From an uncultured virus (IMG/VR IMGVR_UViG_2049941000_000702) (Duplodnaviria; Heunggongvirae; Uroviricota; Caudoviricetes): a DNA stretch of 22,356 nt. The notes under the pieces were generated by a model, which saw nothing but the letters and a program-made list of their open reading frames with translations, was not told where the DNA came from and did not search any database. A program made the position numbers and the translations under genes. Location of the stretch: IMG/VR virus record IMGVR_UViG_2049941000_000702; one strand, 5' to 3'. Below are positions 1 to 9,595 of this stretch, piece by piece (position 1 is the first letter of the stretch; each line of letters opens with the position of its first letter).

Positions 1-9
1 GCGCCCTGG

Positions 10-117
10 GAAGGCATGACAAGGCACGGTGGAGTGCACCGGTGTGGGGGAACGGTTTCCCGTTTCCTTGCTCCGTATGCATCCCGCCGCCTTAATGCGC
101 ATCTCAGGCTTTGAGAT
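10..117 (-). repeat. Copy 1 of a 108-nt direct repeat; candidate structured leader RNA
   Basis: Aligns without gaps to 2880-2987 with 5 mismatches (positions 39, 50, 67, 68, 70). The minus strand contains an ATCTCA-AAGCC-TGAGAT hairpin and an AACGG-GAAA-CCGTT tetraloop hairpin. Confidence 0.9.
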
Positions 118-277
118 TTATTTCACAGGAGATCAGGATATTGAGCTGATCGCTTGTCGTTGACTAAAGGATATCCTTTTGAATGGCGCTTGTCAGTCTC
201 AGCAGCTGGCACCATAAATGAGGGGCTTAACAATTTGAAAACTGCCATTTCCCAAGCGAACGTTGGCNNNNNNNNNN

Positions 278-484
278 TATGAGCTCATGAAGACGCATCC
301 GTTTTCTGAGCTTGAGAAGTTTTTCGGCATATTCCGGATCTGCAGGGTCAAGGCTGGCAAAATGAATCGCGTCGTCAAGTGTCTGGACTGCTTTGCTATC
401 TCCCTTTTTGAGCTCTTCGAGCTTGGCGTTGAAAAGGAACTTGATCAATTCTTTTTTCCTATTTGGGCTTATGGTATTCTGCAT
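278..484 (-). CDS. Hypothetical protein, 3' end runs into an N gap
   Basis: Strong RBS AAGGAGGAG upstream of ATG at 484 (MQNTISPNRKKELIKFLFNAK...). No recognisable motif. Confidence 0.55.
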
Positions 485-534
485 ATTCTCCTCCTTGATA
501 ACTCTGTTGACTGTAACGGGGCACATGATCGGCA

Positions 535-1014
535 TCAGAAGCCGCTGTTGCCCCAGGGCAGTTCAGGATCCTTGGTTTCCACCAGGCCCTTGGGATCGTC
601 GCAGTCAATAAAGTTCTCCACATTGTTGGCCTGGCGTTCTTCGCCGTTCTTACCCGTATATGAGCGCGGCTTTATGTGCGCTTTGCCCCTGGCGCCCACG
701 ACTTTAGTCCAGTCCATGACCACCTGCTCGCCGTGCTTCTTCATGCCTATGGAGCGGAAGAAGGATGCTATCCTCCATTCAAGAGTGCGGTAGAGTATAA
801 GGTCGACGCGCGCAGTAGCGATGCCCTTATCGTTATCTATGTCCAGGGACAGCGTAGCCTTATTGCAAGCGGGGATCTTGGCGGAGCCGGGAAAACGCGC
901 GCGCTCGAAATCCGTTACGGTAAAATAGTAATCGCCTTCGGGCAGGATGATGAATTCCCTGCCGTCATCCTGAATGGTATCGTTCCAATCCATTATCCTG
1001 TTATCTTGTGCCAT
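535..1014 (-). CDS. DUF669-like phage protein (putative ssDNA-binding partner of the Sak4-like ATPase)
   Basis: MDWNDTIQDDGREFIILPEGDYYFTVTDFERARFPGSAKIPACNKA..., acidic/aromatic tail ELPWGNSGF, RBS GGAGG, directly downstream of the AAA ATPase as in Firmicute prophage replication modules. Confidence 0.8.
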   Translation of the reverse strand: MAQDNRIMDWNDTIQDDGREFIILPEGDYYFTVTDFERARFPGSAKIPACNKATLSLDIDNDKGIATARVDLILYRTLEWRIASFFRSIGMKKHGEQVVMDWTKVVGARGKAHIKPRSYTGKNGEERQANNVENFIDCDDPKGLVETKDPELPWGNSGF

Positions 1015-1049
1015 ATGTGTGTTTTCCTCCTGTTACTGATCGTGTGAAT

Positions 1050-1959
1050 TTAGAATGGAGTATATTCGGGGTCATTGTGAATAGCGGTGACCACCCGCGA
1101 CCAGTTGTGCATGAGCCAGTCAGTGACGAACTTCTCGGGATAACGGTCTATGGGCGTATCGGCGGAGAAGTGGCCCTTCTGGGAAACCAGTCGCTTTAGG
1201 TCACTGTCGTCCACGCCCGCTTTCGTCATCCATTCCCTGAGCGTAGCCAGCGTTTCGGGAGTAACTGTCGCAAGCTGCTGGGTGTCTTTGGAAGCTGGTG
1301 CAGGCTGTGCGGGATCGGCGGTTGCGCGCTGGGTATCGGCTGCCGTCCGTGACTGTGTGCCCAGCGCTAACGCGACAGAAGTGTCTCCGAATATGGGTGC
1401 GNNNNNNNNNNGTCTTATAGTTGATGAACAGCAGCGCGTCGGGCCATTCCTTGAGCAGCGGGGCGCACTGCTTGGAGAGCTTAAGCCCCCATACGTCAAA
1501 ACCTCCGGTCTCATCGGGCAGTTCTACCCGGCGCTGCCTGGCATGAGCGGTGATGACCACGTTCTTCCCAGACAGTATCACGTCGTCGCAGGCGGCCAGC
1601 ATGCGGGAGAACTCTTCTGCCAGGAAGGTATAGCCCTTACCGTAACCGAATGACTCCAGTCCGGGCTGCTTGTACTTCTGGCAGATATGGTCTATGGCCA
1701 TCTGTTCCGCCCAGTCTGCGGTGTCGATCACCAGGGTACGGCACACCTCCAGAGTCTGCGCCACTTCGTTTATGAGCGAAATGAGCTCGCTCCAGTTCTG
1801 CGGCTTCTGCAGGCGGCGTACGTCCAGGTGCGCGGTGCCGCCTTCGGTGTCAATGAACAGCGGTTCGGGGGTCTGCGCGGCGAGGCTGGTCTTGCCTATA
1901 CCCTCGACTCCGNNNNNNNNNNGGGGACGCGCCACGCGTCCCGATGTGATATTCAGCAT
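1050..1959 (-). CDS. Phage ATP-binding protein, AAA_24/Sak4-like recombinase; split by N gaps at 1402-1411 and 1913-1922
   Basis: Walker A GVEGIGKT, LFIDTEGG, Walker B LVIDTADW, ESFGYGKGY. After the gap the C-terminus continues in the frame ending ...HNDPEYTPF. RBS AAGGAGG. Confidence 0.85.
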
Positions 1960-2111
1960 TTATTGCTTCCTCCTTTATTAAGGCTGCGGGAACGGTTCTC
2001 GATTACCGCGCAGCCTGGGATCTCCTGTCCGACGCTCAGGAGTTTTTTGACCTCTGGCTTGTACAACATGTGCTCATGCAGCCTGAACGCGTTCGTTCCC
2101 ATGGCTGGCAT
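1953..2111 (-). pseudogene. Siphovirus Gp157-like C-terminal remnant
   Basis: 52-aa frame absent from the ORF track: MPAMGTNAFRLHEHMLYKPEVKKLLSVGQEIPGCAVIENRSRSL... It resembles the Gp157 C-terminus and sits in the usual place upstream of the AAA gene. The N-terminal coiled coil is missing and no gap explains it. Confidence 0.55.
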
Positions 2112-2266
2112 TCGTACTCACTCAATAGTGGTTCCTCCTTTCTGAGGACCAGTGTTGTTTTGGTGTCCTCAATACTTACTGGACAAAACAGGCAATTTTG
2201 AACGAAATAATTAGAAAATAAGCTTGCCTGCCTAAGAATTGTCTTTACGGAGGTCAAATTGAGGTG

Positions 2267-2791
2267 TTAGATGAGGTCTTTCAGAGCTTCACGAAGAATG
2301 AAAAATACCTTATTTTTTCGGTAGTTGATGGTGGACTGGCGTTTCCCCATGTCGGCAGCGATCTCGCGCTCAGACTTGCCCTGCATGATGAGTTCGCAGA
2401 TGCGCCTGCTGTCTGGGTCGAGCTTTTCTAGCTCGTCGTAGAGTGCTTCAATCAACTCCTTATTCATAAAGATGTATTCTGGGGATGGTGTGACGTCTAC
2501 CAGCGTTTCGCCAATGGTCAGGTCTTCAGCATCTTTAACGGGTGCATCAAAGTCGAGCATGTTATCGGCTGCATGATAGGGGCAGAAATCACAATCGGAA
2601 TCACAGGCCCAGAGCATTGACTTTGGGCAGGTGCAACGGCAACTGCGCTGCATGCGCTTTTGCGTCATCCAGATATCCGGCATGATACGGTGATAGATGT
2701 GCTCAGGGATCGGCTCAAGGCGGACCTTGTAAGGGTCCCGAGCGTCGCGGACGGGATAGAAGAATTGTCTGTTACAGGAGCTAGTTTTCAT
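2267..2791 (-). CDS. Sigma-70 region 4-like transcriptional regulator of prophage/ICE type with a Cys-rich N-terminal motif
   Basis: RBS AAAGGA before ATG at 2791 (MKTSS...). Cys cluster CTCPKSMLWACDSDCDFCPY. C-terminal HTH LDPDSRRICELIMQGKSEREIAADMGKRQSTINYRK. Confidence 0.85.
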   Translation of the reverse strand: MKTSSCNRQFFYPVRDARDPYKVRLEPIPEHIYHRIMPDIWMTQKRMQRSCRCTCPKSMLWACDSDCDFCPYHAADNMLDFDAPVKDAEDLTIGETLVDVTPSPEYIFMNKELIEALYDELEKLDPDSRRICELIMQGKSEREIAADMGKRQSTINYRKNKVFFILREALKDLI

Positions 2792-2792
2792 G

Positions 2793-2870
2793 ATGTGTCC
2801 TTTCCGCCCGGGGCATATAGGCGGGGGACACATAAAGAGCCGGTCAGTGACGCACTGTCACCGGCCGGCT
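2793..2870 (-). promoter_or_regulatory. Terminator-like hairpin (2838-2870) followed by an RBS-sequestering hairpin (2793-2833) in the sigma-gene leader
   Basis: Minus strand: AGCCGG..GTGAC-agtgc-GTCAC..CCGGCT then CTTTAT; next ATGTGTCC-CCCGCC...GGCGG-AAA-GGACACAT, which pairs over the Shine-Dalgarno sequence. Confidence 0.55.
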
Positions 2871-2879
2871 TCACGTTGA

Positions 2880-2987
2880 GAAGGCATGACAAGGCACGGT
2901 GGAGTGCATCGGTGTGGGGAAACGGTTTCCCGTTTCAGTACTCCGTATGCATCCCGCCGCCTTAATGCGCATCTCAGGCTTTGAGAT
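2880..2987 (-). ncRNA. Copy 2 of the 108-nt repeat; candidate structured leader RNA of the sigma-like gene
   Basis: Ends about 90 nt upstream of the sigma-like ATG. Stems: ATCTCA/TGAGAT, AAGGC/GCCTT, TGCAT-a-CGG/CCG-ATGCA, GAAACGG-GAAA-CCGTTTC. Confidence 0.6.
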
Positions 2988-3008
2988 ATNNNNNNNNNNC
3001 AGGTTATT

Positions 3009-3369
3009 CTAAGATGATTCACCCTGCCTGATTCTTCCGGGACTGCATCCATAACGCCTTTTGAAAGCTTTGTAGAAGGTGTTGAAATTCGCATAACCGC
3101 AGTCCACGGCGATATTTTTCAGGGATCTGTCTGACTCGGTGATATATGTATACGCTCTTTGCATACGCGCTTCGTCCACATATTCCAGGAAGCTCTTTCC
3201 GACAAGCCGGTGCATCATCCGCTGCAGGGAAGTTGCTGATATCGAAAACTCGTCGATGATGCTCTGCACACATAATTCGGAAGACGACAAGTGCGAGTCT
3301 ATATAGTTCAGGATCTTTTTCTCGAAATCATCAATATTATGCTTATTATATGAGCGCGCGAAACGGATT
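3009..3369 (-). pseudogene. AraC-family regulator, DNA-binding domain only (5'-truncated)
   Basis: KILNYIDSHL...GKSFLEYVDEARMQRAYTYI...IAVDCGYANFNTFYKAFKRRYGCSPG is the AraC signature. An in-frame stop lies just upstream, with no ATG/RBS and no N gap. Confidence 0.7.
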
Positions 3370-3616
3370 CACGTTTATGAATGTACCCCCACTATACGCG
3401 CTACATGTCAAAAAGTATCGAAAAATAAGGCTTTCTGAGGTGTGATAGTCAAATTGTTTATTCCACTATCATCCGGAATTTCCAGCAATGAAGTAATTCG
3501 ATATAACCACCATTTGCTGGGGGCATCATATTCATATACTCGTACATGATGTAATTGGACATTTATGTGATGGTGCAAAGTTCTTTTTCTTAGCTAAGAT
3601 CTTAGGCTTTGAGTGA

Positions 3617-4180
3617 TTAATCGAGTTTGAGAGATTCTATTACAGCCATTGCATCCTTCAGTATCTGTCCTGCGTCTACGCCGACTTTATCCAGGTTTTC
3701 GGCTTTTATCAATTGACAGTCATCTATGCCGAAAAAATTATGACAAAGGGCTTTAACGTATCCGAATCCGTATTCTTCGTTGACGATATTGCCGCCGGCA
3801 GTAGTGACATAATACAGCTTTTTCGCCCGGCACATGCCTTTGGGAAGGTCGTCATCATAACAGAATGTGAGCCCTATCACGCACACATGCTCCAGGTATT
3901 GCTTTAGTATAGCAGGAAAGGACAAGTCCCAGTATGGGGCAGCTATCACAATGGTGTCAGCTTTGGCAAAGTCCTGAGCTAAATCAAACACTGGGGAAGA
4001 AAAGTCGCCTTTCGCGCTTTGCTCTATCCGCCATGAGATGAACGCGTCATCGGTTTTCGGTAGTGCGGTTTCATAAAGCCTGACTTCCTTTACACTGTCT
4101 GTAAAACGTTTGAGAAGGCAGTCTGCCAGCCTTTTTGTACGGGATACCTTCCTTGCACAGGCATTTATATACAGAATCAT
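3617..4180 (-). CDS. FMN-dependent NAD(P)H oxidoreductase (AzoR/AcpD-like, flavodoxin fold)
   Basis: ILYINACARKVSRT, ADTIVIAAPYWDLSFPAILKQYLE, YYVTTAGG. RBS GAGGAG. Confidence 0.85.
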   Translation of the reverse strand: MILYINACARKVSRTKRLADCLLKRFTDSVKEVRLYETALPKTDDAFISWRIEQSAKGDFSSPVFDLAQDFAKADTIVIAAPYWDLSFPAILKQYLEHVCVIGLTFCYDDDLPKGMCRAKKLYYVTTAGGNIVNEEYGFGYVKALCHNFFGIDDCQLIKAENLDKVGVDAGQILKDAMAVIESLKLD

Positions 4181-5767
4181 CTAAGAATTCTCCTCTNNNN
4201 NNNNNNNNNNNNNNNNNNNNNNNNNNNNNNNNNAGAGCGTGGGATAGCCAAAATGCGCTTGACTCTTGTTCCACTCATCTGCCAGACCATAGTTCCTAAG
4301 CAAATCCTGCCATGGCAGGAAGCCGTCGTATTTGTTTACCTCGATCTCAAGCAGTTGTTTAAGGTTCCCACCCGCGAACGGGTTGGATGGAAGCAGATTG
4401 TTGAACTCATACGGATCAGTATCCAGGTCGTACATAGCCAGAGGAGAGGCATCTTGGTTGGCAACATAAACGATATGGCCGTCGGTTATCGCTCTCCATG
4501 AAAATATCTCCCTTCGCCATGCCTGGTGCGCGGGTACGATATTGTACAGATATGCGATGTTGGACATGTCAGCATCCCGATCCAGAAAAGCACGGCTGAT
4601 GTCAGCACCGTCATATTTGTCATTGGATCTGATGCCCAGCAGACCGAGCAGGGAAGGGACCACGTCCACCAGACTGATAACCTGGTCCCGTCGACCGGAA
4701 GTGATCTTGCCAGGCCAATTGATCAAGAAGGGGACGCGTACACTCTCTTCAAAGTACCACTGCTTGTTTAAGCACCCATGGCTGCCTAGCATATTGCCAT
4801 GGTCGCTGGTATATACGATCACTGGTATTCTGCATATTCTCCTCCTTGATAANNNNNNNNNNNNNNNNNNNNNNNNNNNNNNNNNNNNNNNNNNNNNNNN
4901 NNNNNNNNNNNNNNNNNNNNNNNNNNNNNNNNNNNNNNNNNNNNTGCCCTGCTCCTTCAGCAGGTCAATGACCCTGCCCATCTGCTCGTCGAGCTTTTCT
5001 ATATGCCGATAATAGCCTGAAAGGTCGCTTTTTAGCTTATCGGTCGTCACTTCTTTGCGGTATTTAGCCCAGGGATCAGTGGTGCCGTATGCGTGGTGCC
5101 CCTTGGGAGGGACATATTTGTCCTCCGTTATTTCGGACACATTTCTTCGGAGACGGACATGCGGCGCCCTTGTTTCGCACAATGCGACGTCTTCCGGCGG
5201 CATCAGAAGGTAAGGATCATGAGGCGGAGAGTAACTGAGAAACATGGCAAACGGTTTTTTGCCAGATGCCTGCTCCTTAATGTATGATAGCGCTATGTCA
5301 GTAAAGCCAATGGGGCTGTATCCGTCTATTTCGTGCCGGACATTGTCATTATCAAAGTAATAGGAATGCATATAGTCGTGACAGCAGTTATTGGCTCTCC
5401 AGAACTCAAAACCCAACCGCTCATTCCTGTCTATATATCTGTCCCTGGGTACGCCGCCAAGATTCCACTTGCCTATGTAGGCGGTACGATAGCCTGCTTC
5501 TGATAATGAATTGCCTATGCCGCGGGTGACGGCTAAACTCATATCATTTGCTGCGGCACCGTGATTAAAAGCATGCAGACCCGTCAGCAATGTACCTCTG
5601 GCGGGGACGCAGACAGGACAGTTTGAATACGCATGCTCGAAAACAGCTCCGCCCGCTGCCAGCCGGTCCAGGCAGGGAGTACTGAGTTGGGTGTTGCCCA
5701 TAAACCCTGAATCGCAGAAACGGTGCTGGTCGCTCAGTATGAACACGAGATTGGGTTTTTTGCTCAT
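4181..5767 (-). CDS. Formylglycine-dependent (Cys-type, S1) sulfatase, with internal N gaps
   Basis: PNLVFILSDQH, CxPxR motif CVPARGTLLTG, PPHDPY, YTSDHG, FEESVRVPF, YDLDTDPYE. Confidence 0.92.
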   Translation of the reverse strand: MSKKPNLVFILSDQHRFCDSGFMGNTQLSTPCLDRLAAGGAVFEHAYSNCPVCVPARGTLLTGLHAFNHGAAANDMSLAVTRGIGNSLSEAGYRTAYIGKWNLGGVPRDRYIDRNERLGFEFWRANNCCHDYMHSYYFDNDNVRHEIDGYSPIGFTDIALSYIKEQASGKKPFAMFLSYSPPHDPYLLMPPEDVALCETRAPHVRLRRNVSEITEDKYVPPKGHHAYGTTDPWAKYRKEVTTDKLKSDLSGYYRHIEKLDEQMGRVIDLLKEQGXXXXXXXXXXXXXXXXXXXXXXXXXXXXXXXLSRRRICRIPVIVYTSDHGNMLGSHGCLNKQWYFEESVRVPFLINWPGKITSGRRDQVISLVDVVPSLLGLLGIRSNDKYDGADISRAFLDRDADMSNIAYLYNIVPAHQAWRREIFSWRAITDGHIVYVANQDASPLAMYDLDTDPYEFNNLLPSNPFAGGNLKQLLEIEVNKYDGFLPWQDLLRNYGLADEWNKSQAHFGYPTLXXXXXXXXXXXXXEENS

Positions 5768-5792
5768 TGGCTCACGCTCCTGTAGAATGGTT

Positions 5793-7579
5793 TCAGGTGA
5801 ACTGTGCGCTGTTTTTCTTGTATTGTATGGGCGTCACGCCGTAATAGCCTTTGAATGTTTTTATGAAATAAGAAGTGCTGCGGTAGCCGGTCTGCTCTGC
5901 CACGCTCCCGACGGAAACATCTGTGCCTAAGAGCAGCTCCTTTGCCTTTTGCATTCTCAGTAATATCACATATTCCCTGAAACCGTAACCTGTCATGGTT
6001 TTGAATATATTGGTGACCTGGTTGGCGGATATCTTGAAACAAGCCATGACGAGTTCTATGCTCATGTCAGCGTTGCAGCAGTTCTCCGCTACATAGGAGA
6101 CGATGCGGGTCGAGAGATTGTCATCGGCCGGAGAAGCGTTTCTCAGCGCGGGGAATCTGGCATACTGGTTTACGATGTTCATGACCGTTGACTTGAACTC
6201 GCCGCGTGTGAGAAGACCGCCGATATCCACCTGCAAGTAGCGGACCAAGTCAGGTTTATTATGTTTGGAGAAAGCCAACAGCGCCTCTATCATATTTGAA
6301 TACGCGCAGCGCTTGGTGAGCGAAGAAGTGGTGACGGTGTCGATCTCGTCCAGTACGCGATCCACCAGGTCGCTTAAGTCGTTTTCGCCATCATTACCCA
6401 GCACTGTAAGCAGGTNNNNNNNNNNGTCGGCCAGAGCCCTGCTGCTCGAGCTGTCCCAGAAGAACAGGTCGGCCTGATCTGACGCGAATATACTTATCCG
6501 GTCGGCATTCCTGTCCAGCAGGCTTGCCTCATGATAGGAACGGTTGATAACATCTATGGAATCCACGCATCCGCCTACACATACAGCACAGCTCAAACCG
6601 TTTTGGGCAGTTGTATCCAGCAGCAGTCGACTCAGCCGTTCACGGAGATTGGGGTGCGAGCCGTCAAAACCGACTATGCCGGCTATGGCTTCAATGTGGT
6701 ATATCTCAACTATCGACATTTCAATTTCAGCAGGCAGGGCGATGCTTTCCAGCAGATGCAGCGCCTTATCATTAGAAACGGAGACGTCGCCACTGTCCAA
6801 ACAGTACAGAATAAATGCAAAGTAATGGGCGCGTGAATCGTTCACGCCTATCATTCTCAAGGTATCCAGATTCTTATCGTCACTGAACCCCAGCAGAAGC
6901 AGGGTCAGAGCATTCTGACGGATCGTATTTCTTTGCTCATCTATCTTGGAGCTTTGCAGAAAGCGAACGTCAAGAATATCGTCCATTATGTCACTTAGTT
7001 CTTCAAACTCGTTTTTGCGTGAAGGCTGGACTTCATCACGTTTATAAGGAAGCAGGTCTTTGAGAATGCGTTTTAGGGGCTTGGCGTGCTTCTGGCTCAT
7101 AACTATGCCCAAAAGAACAGAAATGACTATGGCGGCAGCCATTCCGACATAGAACAGCNNNNNNNNNNNNNNNNNNNNNNNNNNNNNNNNNNNNNNNNNN
7201 NNNNNNNNNNNNNNNNNNNNNNNNNGCCAGCCGTGAATCCGTGGAGGCAGAGGAGGTATCGACACTTAAGTACAGCTGGTTTTCGGCGGAATAAACACTA
7301 TAGCGGTTGGGACTTGCGGAATGCGTGAGATCCGGGGCGTCTTCATCGGTCATTGAGAATGAGACTACGCAGTCCTTCTGCACAAGAGGAAGCACGTCAT
7401 TGATAATCGCGGCTTTGTTGATAAGCATGAAAAAGCCCCCGTACTCATTCGCGTTCCTTATAGTGAACGTCCTGAAGGGGAACATATACATAAGGGTATC
7501 TTCGCCGGATCGCCCCAGATATTTCTTGATCAGAATTGTGTCTGAAAGCAGGTCCTTTTTTGCTTGAGTTGCGGCATCC
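5793..7579 (-). CDS. Membrane-anchored AraC-family regulator; N-terminus lost in the gap at 7580-7982
   Basis: Putative extracytoplasmic part 7579-7226, transmembrane helix LFYVGMAAAIVISVLLGIVM, HAMP-like linker, C-terminal AraC HTH (LRMQKAKELL...TGYRSTSYFIKTFKGYYGVTPIQY). Confidence 0.85.
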
Positions 7580-7982
7580 NNNNNNNNNNNNNNNNNNNNN
7601 NNNNNNNNNNNNNNNNNNNNNNNNNNNNNNNNNNNNNNNNNNNNNNNNNNNNNNNNNNNNNNNNNNNNNNNNNNNNNNNNNNNNNNNNNNNNNNNNNNNN
7701 NNNNNNNNNNNNNNNNNNNNNNNNNNNNNNNNNNNNNNNNNNNNNNNNNNNNNNNNNNNNNNNNNNNNNNNNNNNNNNNNNNNNNNNNNNNNNNNNNNNN
7801 NNNNNNNNNNNNNNNNNNNNNNNNNNNNNNNNNNNNNNNNNNNNNNNNNNNNNNNNNNNNNNNNNNNNNNNNNNNNNNNNNNNNNNNNNNNNNNNNNNNN
7901 NNNNNNNNNNNNNNNNNNNNNNNNNNNNNNNNNNNNNNNNNNNNNNNNNNNNNNNNNNNNNNNNNNNNNNNNNNNNNNNNNN

Positions 7983-9527
7983 AAAGTATTCCTCGTACTC
8001 GTCGAGACCCATATCCTGAAGCGCCTGATAATATGCGTCAAAGTTGTCCATGCTTTCTTTGCCCGCTATGAACTTTGCTTCCATGCTGGCAATNNNNNNN
8101 NNNCTGGCAATGTAGTTGAGCAAGGGAGTCTGGAGCTCGATAATACGGGCATTGATGTCTTCTTCAAAGTAGATGTCTGGATACACGGGGGTGTAATATG
8201 GCACATCGTTTGCATCCATCTGTTCGCGCCAATATTTAGATGCACCCTTGGACTTGTTCTCTACTTCGAAACCAAGCACATAATCGGCTGCCTCGTTGGA
8301 GGCGCTTATGCCAGCGTGCTCATGAGTGCCGGTAGAGATGCTCTGACGGTACTGCACATCGGAGGTGACGCCGGGCAGGTAGTGGTATGCCTGTGCCTTT
8401 TTCTCAGCGTCATAATACCAGCCTTCGCACATGCCCAGCAGGTCCTCGCTGCCCTCCATGGGACCGTCCCAGGTGTACAGGGCGCCTTCCAGGGTGAAAT
8501 GCCAGTCGGCGAATTTCATAGCCGCTTCCAGATCTTTGCAGTCTCTGCTTATGGAGAACTGGCCGTGGGTGATGGCTGCGGACTCGGGCCAATGGAACTC
8601 ATCGCAGAACTCGCTGGTCATGGGCTTGATGGCTACCCAGTCGTCGTAAGCCGTAGTGGGCATTACGTGAGGCGCGCTCTGGACGTGTACGCCAACGCGA
8701 TCCTCTGTCGTATCGGACTGCATCTGGGTCAGGTTCAGAGTGAAGAGGTCTTGGTTGAGCAGGCCTTCCTCATAAAACTCGTGCATGGTTGTGAGCAGGG
8801 CCTTATAAAAATCGTAGTTGTTGGCGGGGATTATGGCTTCGCCGTTTAATACGGCAGGCTNNNNNNNNNNGTCAAGCGGGATCTCATCGTCGGGATCGCC
8901 GTTGCCGTTAGCGTCCTGCTCTTTGAACGCTTTGAGCACTTCGTGGAAGTCTTCCAGGTTATCAGGATTGGTGAGGCCCAGATTTTCCATCCAGCGGTTG
9001 TTGATCCAGGCACGTAAAGTGGTATAGTTCTGGTTATGATTGTAACCGGTAAATCCGGAGAAGGTATATATGTTGCCGTCGATGTAGTACCAAGTGGCGG
9101 CCACGCCGGGTTCATACTCCATGAAGGCCTTAATGTTGGGGGCATATTCATCGATAAGGTCATTCAAGGGGATCAGCTGCTTCTCTTTGTAGCCGTACTG
9201 CACGATCTCGCTCTGTGTGAGCTCGCAGTTGTAGAAAATGTCAGGAAGGGAGTCGGAAGCGAACAGGAGGTTGAGTTTTTCGTCACGGTCGTTCTCCTCG
9301 ATATCGGTCACGGTGATATCGATGTGCATGGCTTCCTTGACCCACTTATAGAACCATCTGTCCTGGGAAGGCACGTCTTCTCCCGCGAAGCGTATGGTGA
9401 CTATGTCAAGCTTGTGGATATCGTCGAAGAACGGGTATTCACTGGACCATGGCACATCTTCCAACGCGGCCATGGCGGGAGTCGCGCACAGCATCAACGC
9501 GAGCAAGAGGATAAGTAATCTCTTCAT
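7983..9527 (-). CDS. Carbohydrate ABC transporter extracellular solute-binding protein (family 1); stop codon in gap
   Basis: Signal peptide MKRLLILLLALMLCATPAMA, LLFASDSLPDIF, WINNRWMENLGL, FKEQDANGNGDPDDEIPL. Confidence 0.9.
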
Positions 9528-9595
9528 TATTCGATCGCTCCTTTATATTATTATACTACTCATGAGGTCGCAGGTGAAGTAAGTTTCCTCCTTTC

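Noticed and set aside
10..2987. 108-nt repeat as a CRISPR array, IS ends, tRNA, or a c-di-GMP/cobalamin riboswitch
   Set aside because: Only two long direct copies with no spacers, no transposase, no cloverleaf, and the consensus motifs of those riboswitches are not evident beyond a generic GAAA tetraloop.
3599..3613. 14/15 match (ATCTTAGGCTTTGAG) to the first hairpin of the 108-nt repeat
   Set aside because: Short, similarity does not extend on either side, and it is plausible by chance in a window of this size.
472..4852. 30-bp direct repeat (472-501 / 4823-4852) as attL/attR or target-site duplication
   Set aside because: The second copy ends exactly at an N gap inside a conserved sulfatase region and is mirrored by a similar case at 21652; it is best explained as a chimeric contig end.
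3617..5767. Sulfatase plus azoreductase as an azo-dye degradation pathway
   Set aside because: S1 sulfatases cleave sulfate esters rather than aryl sulfonates, and AzoR-like enzymes are general quinone reductases; adjacency alone is not evidence.
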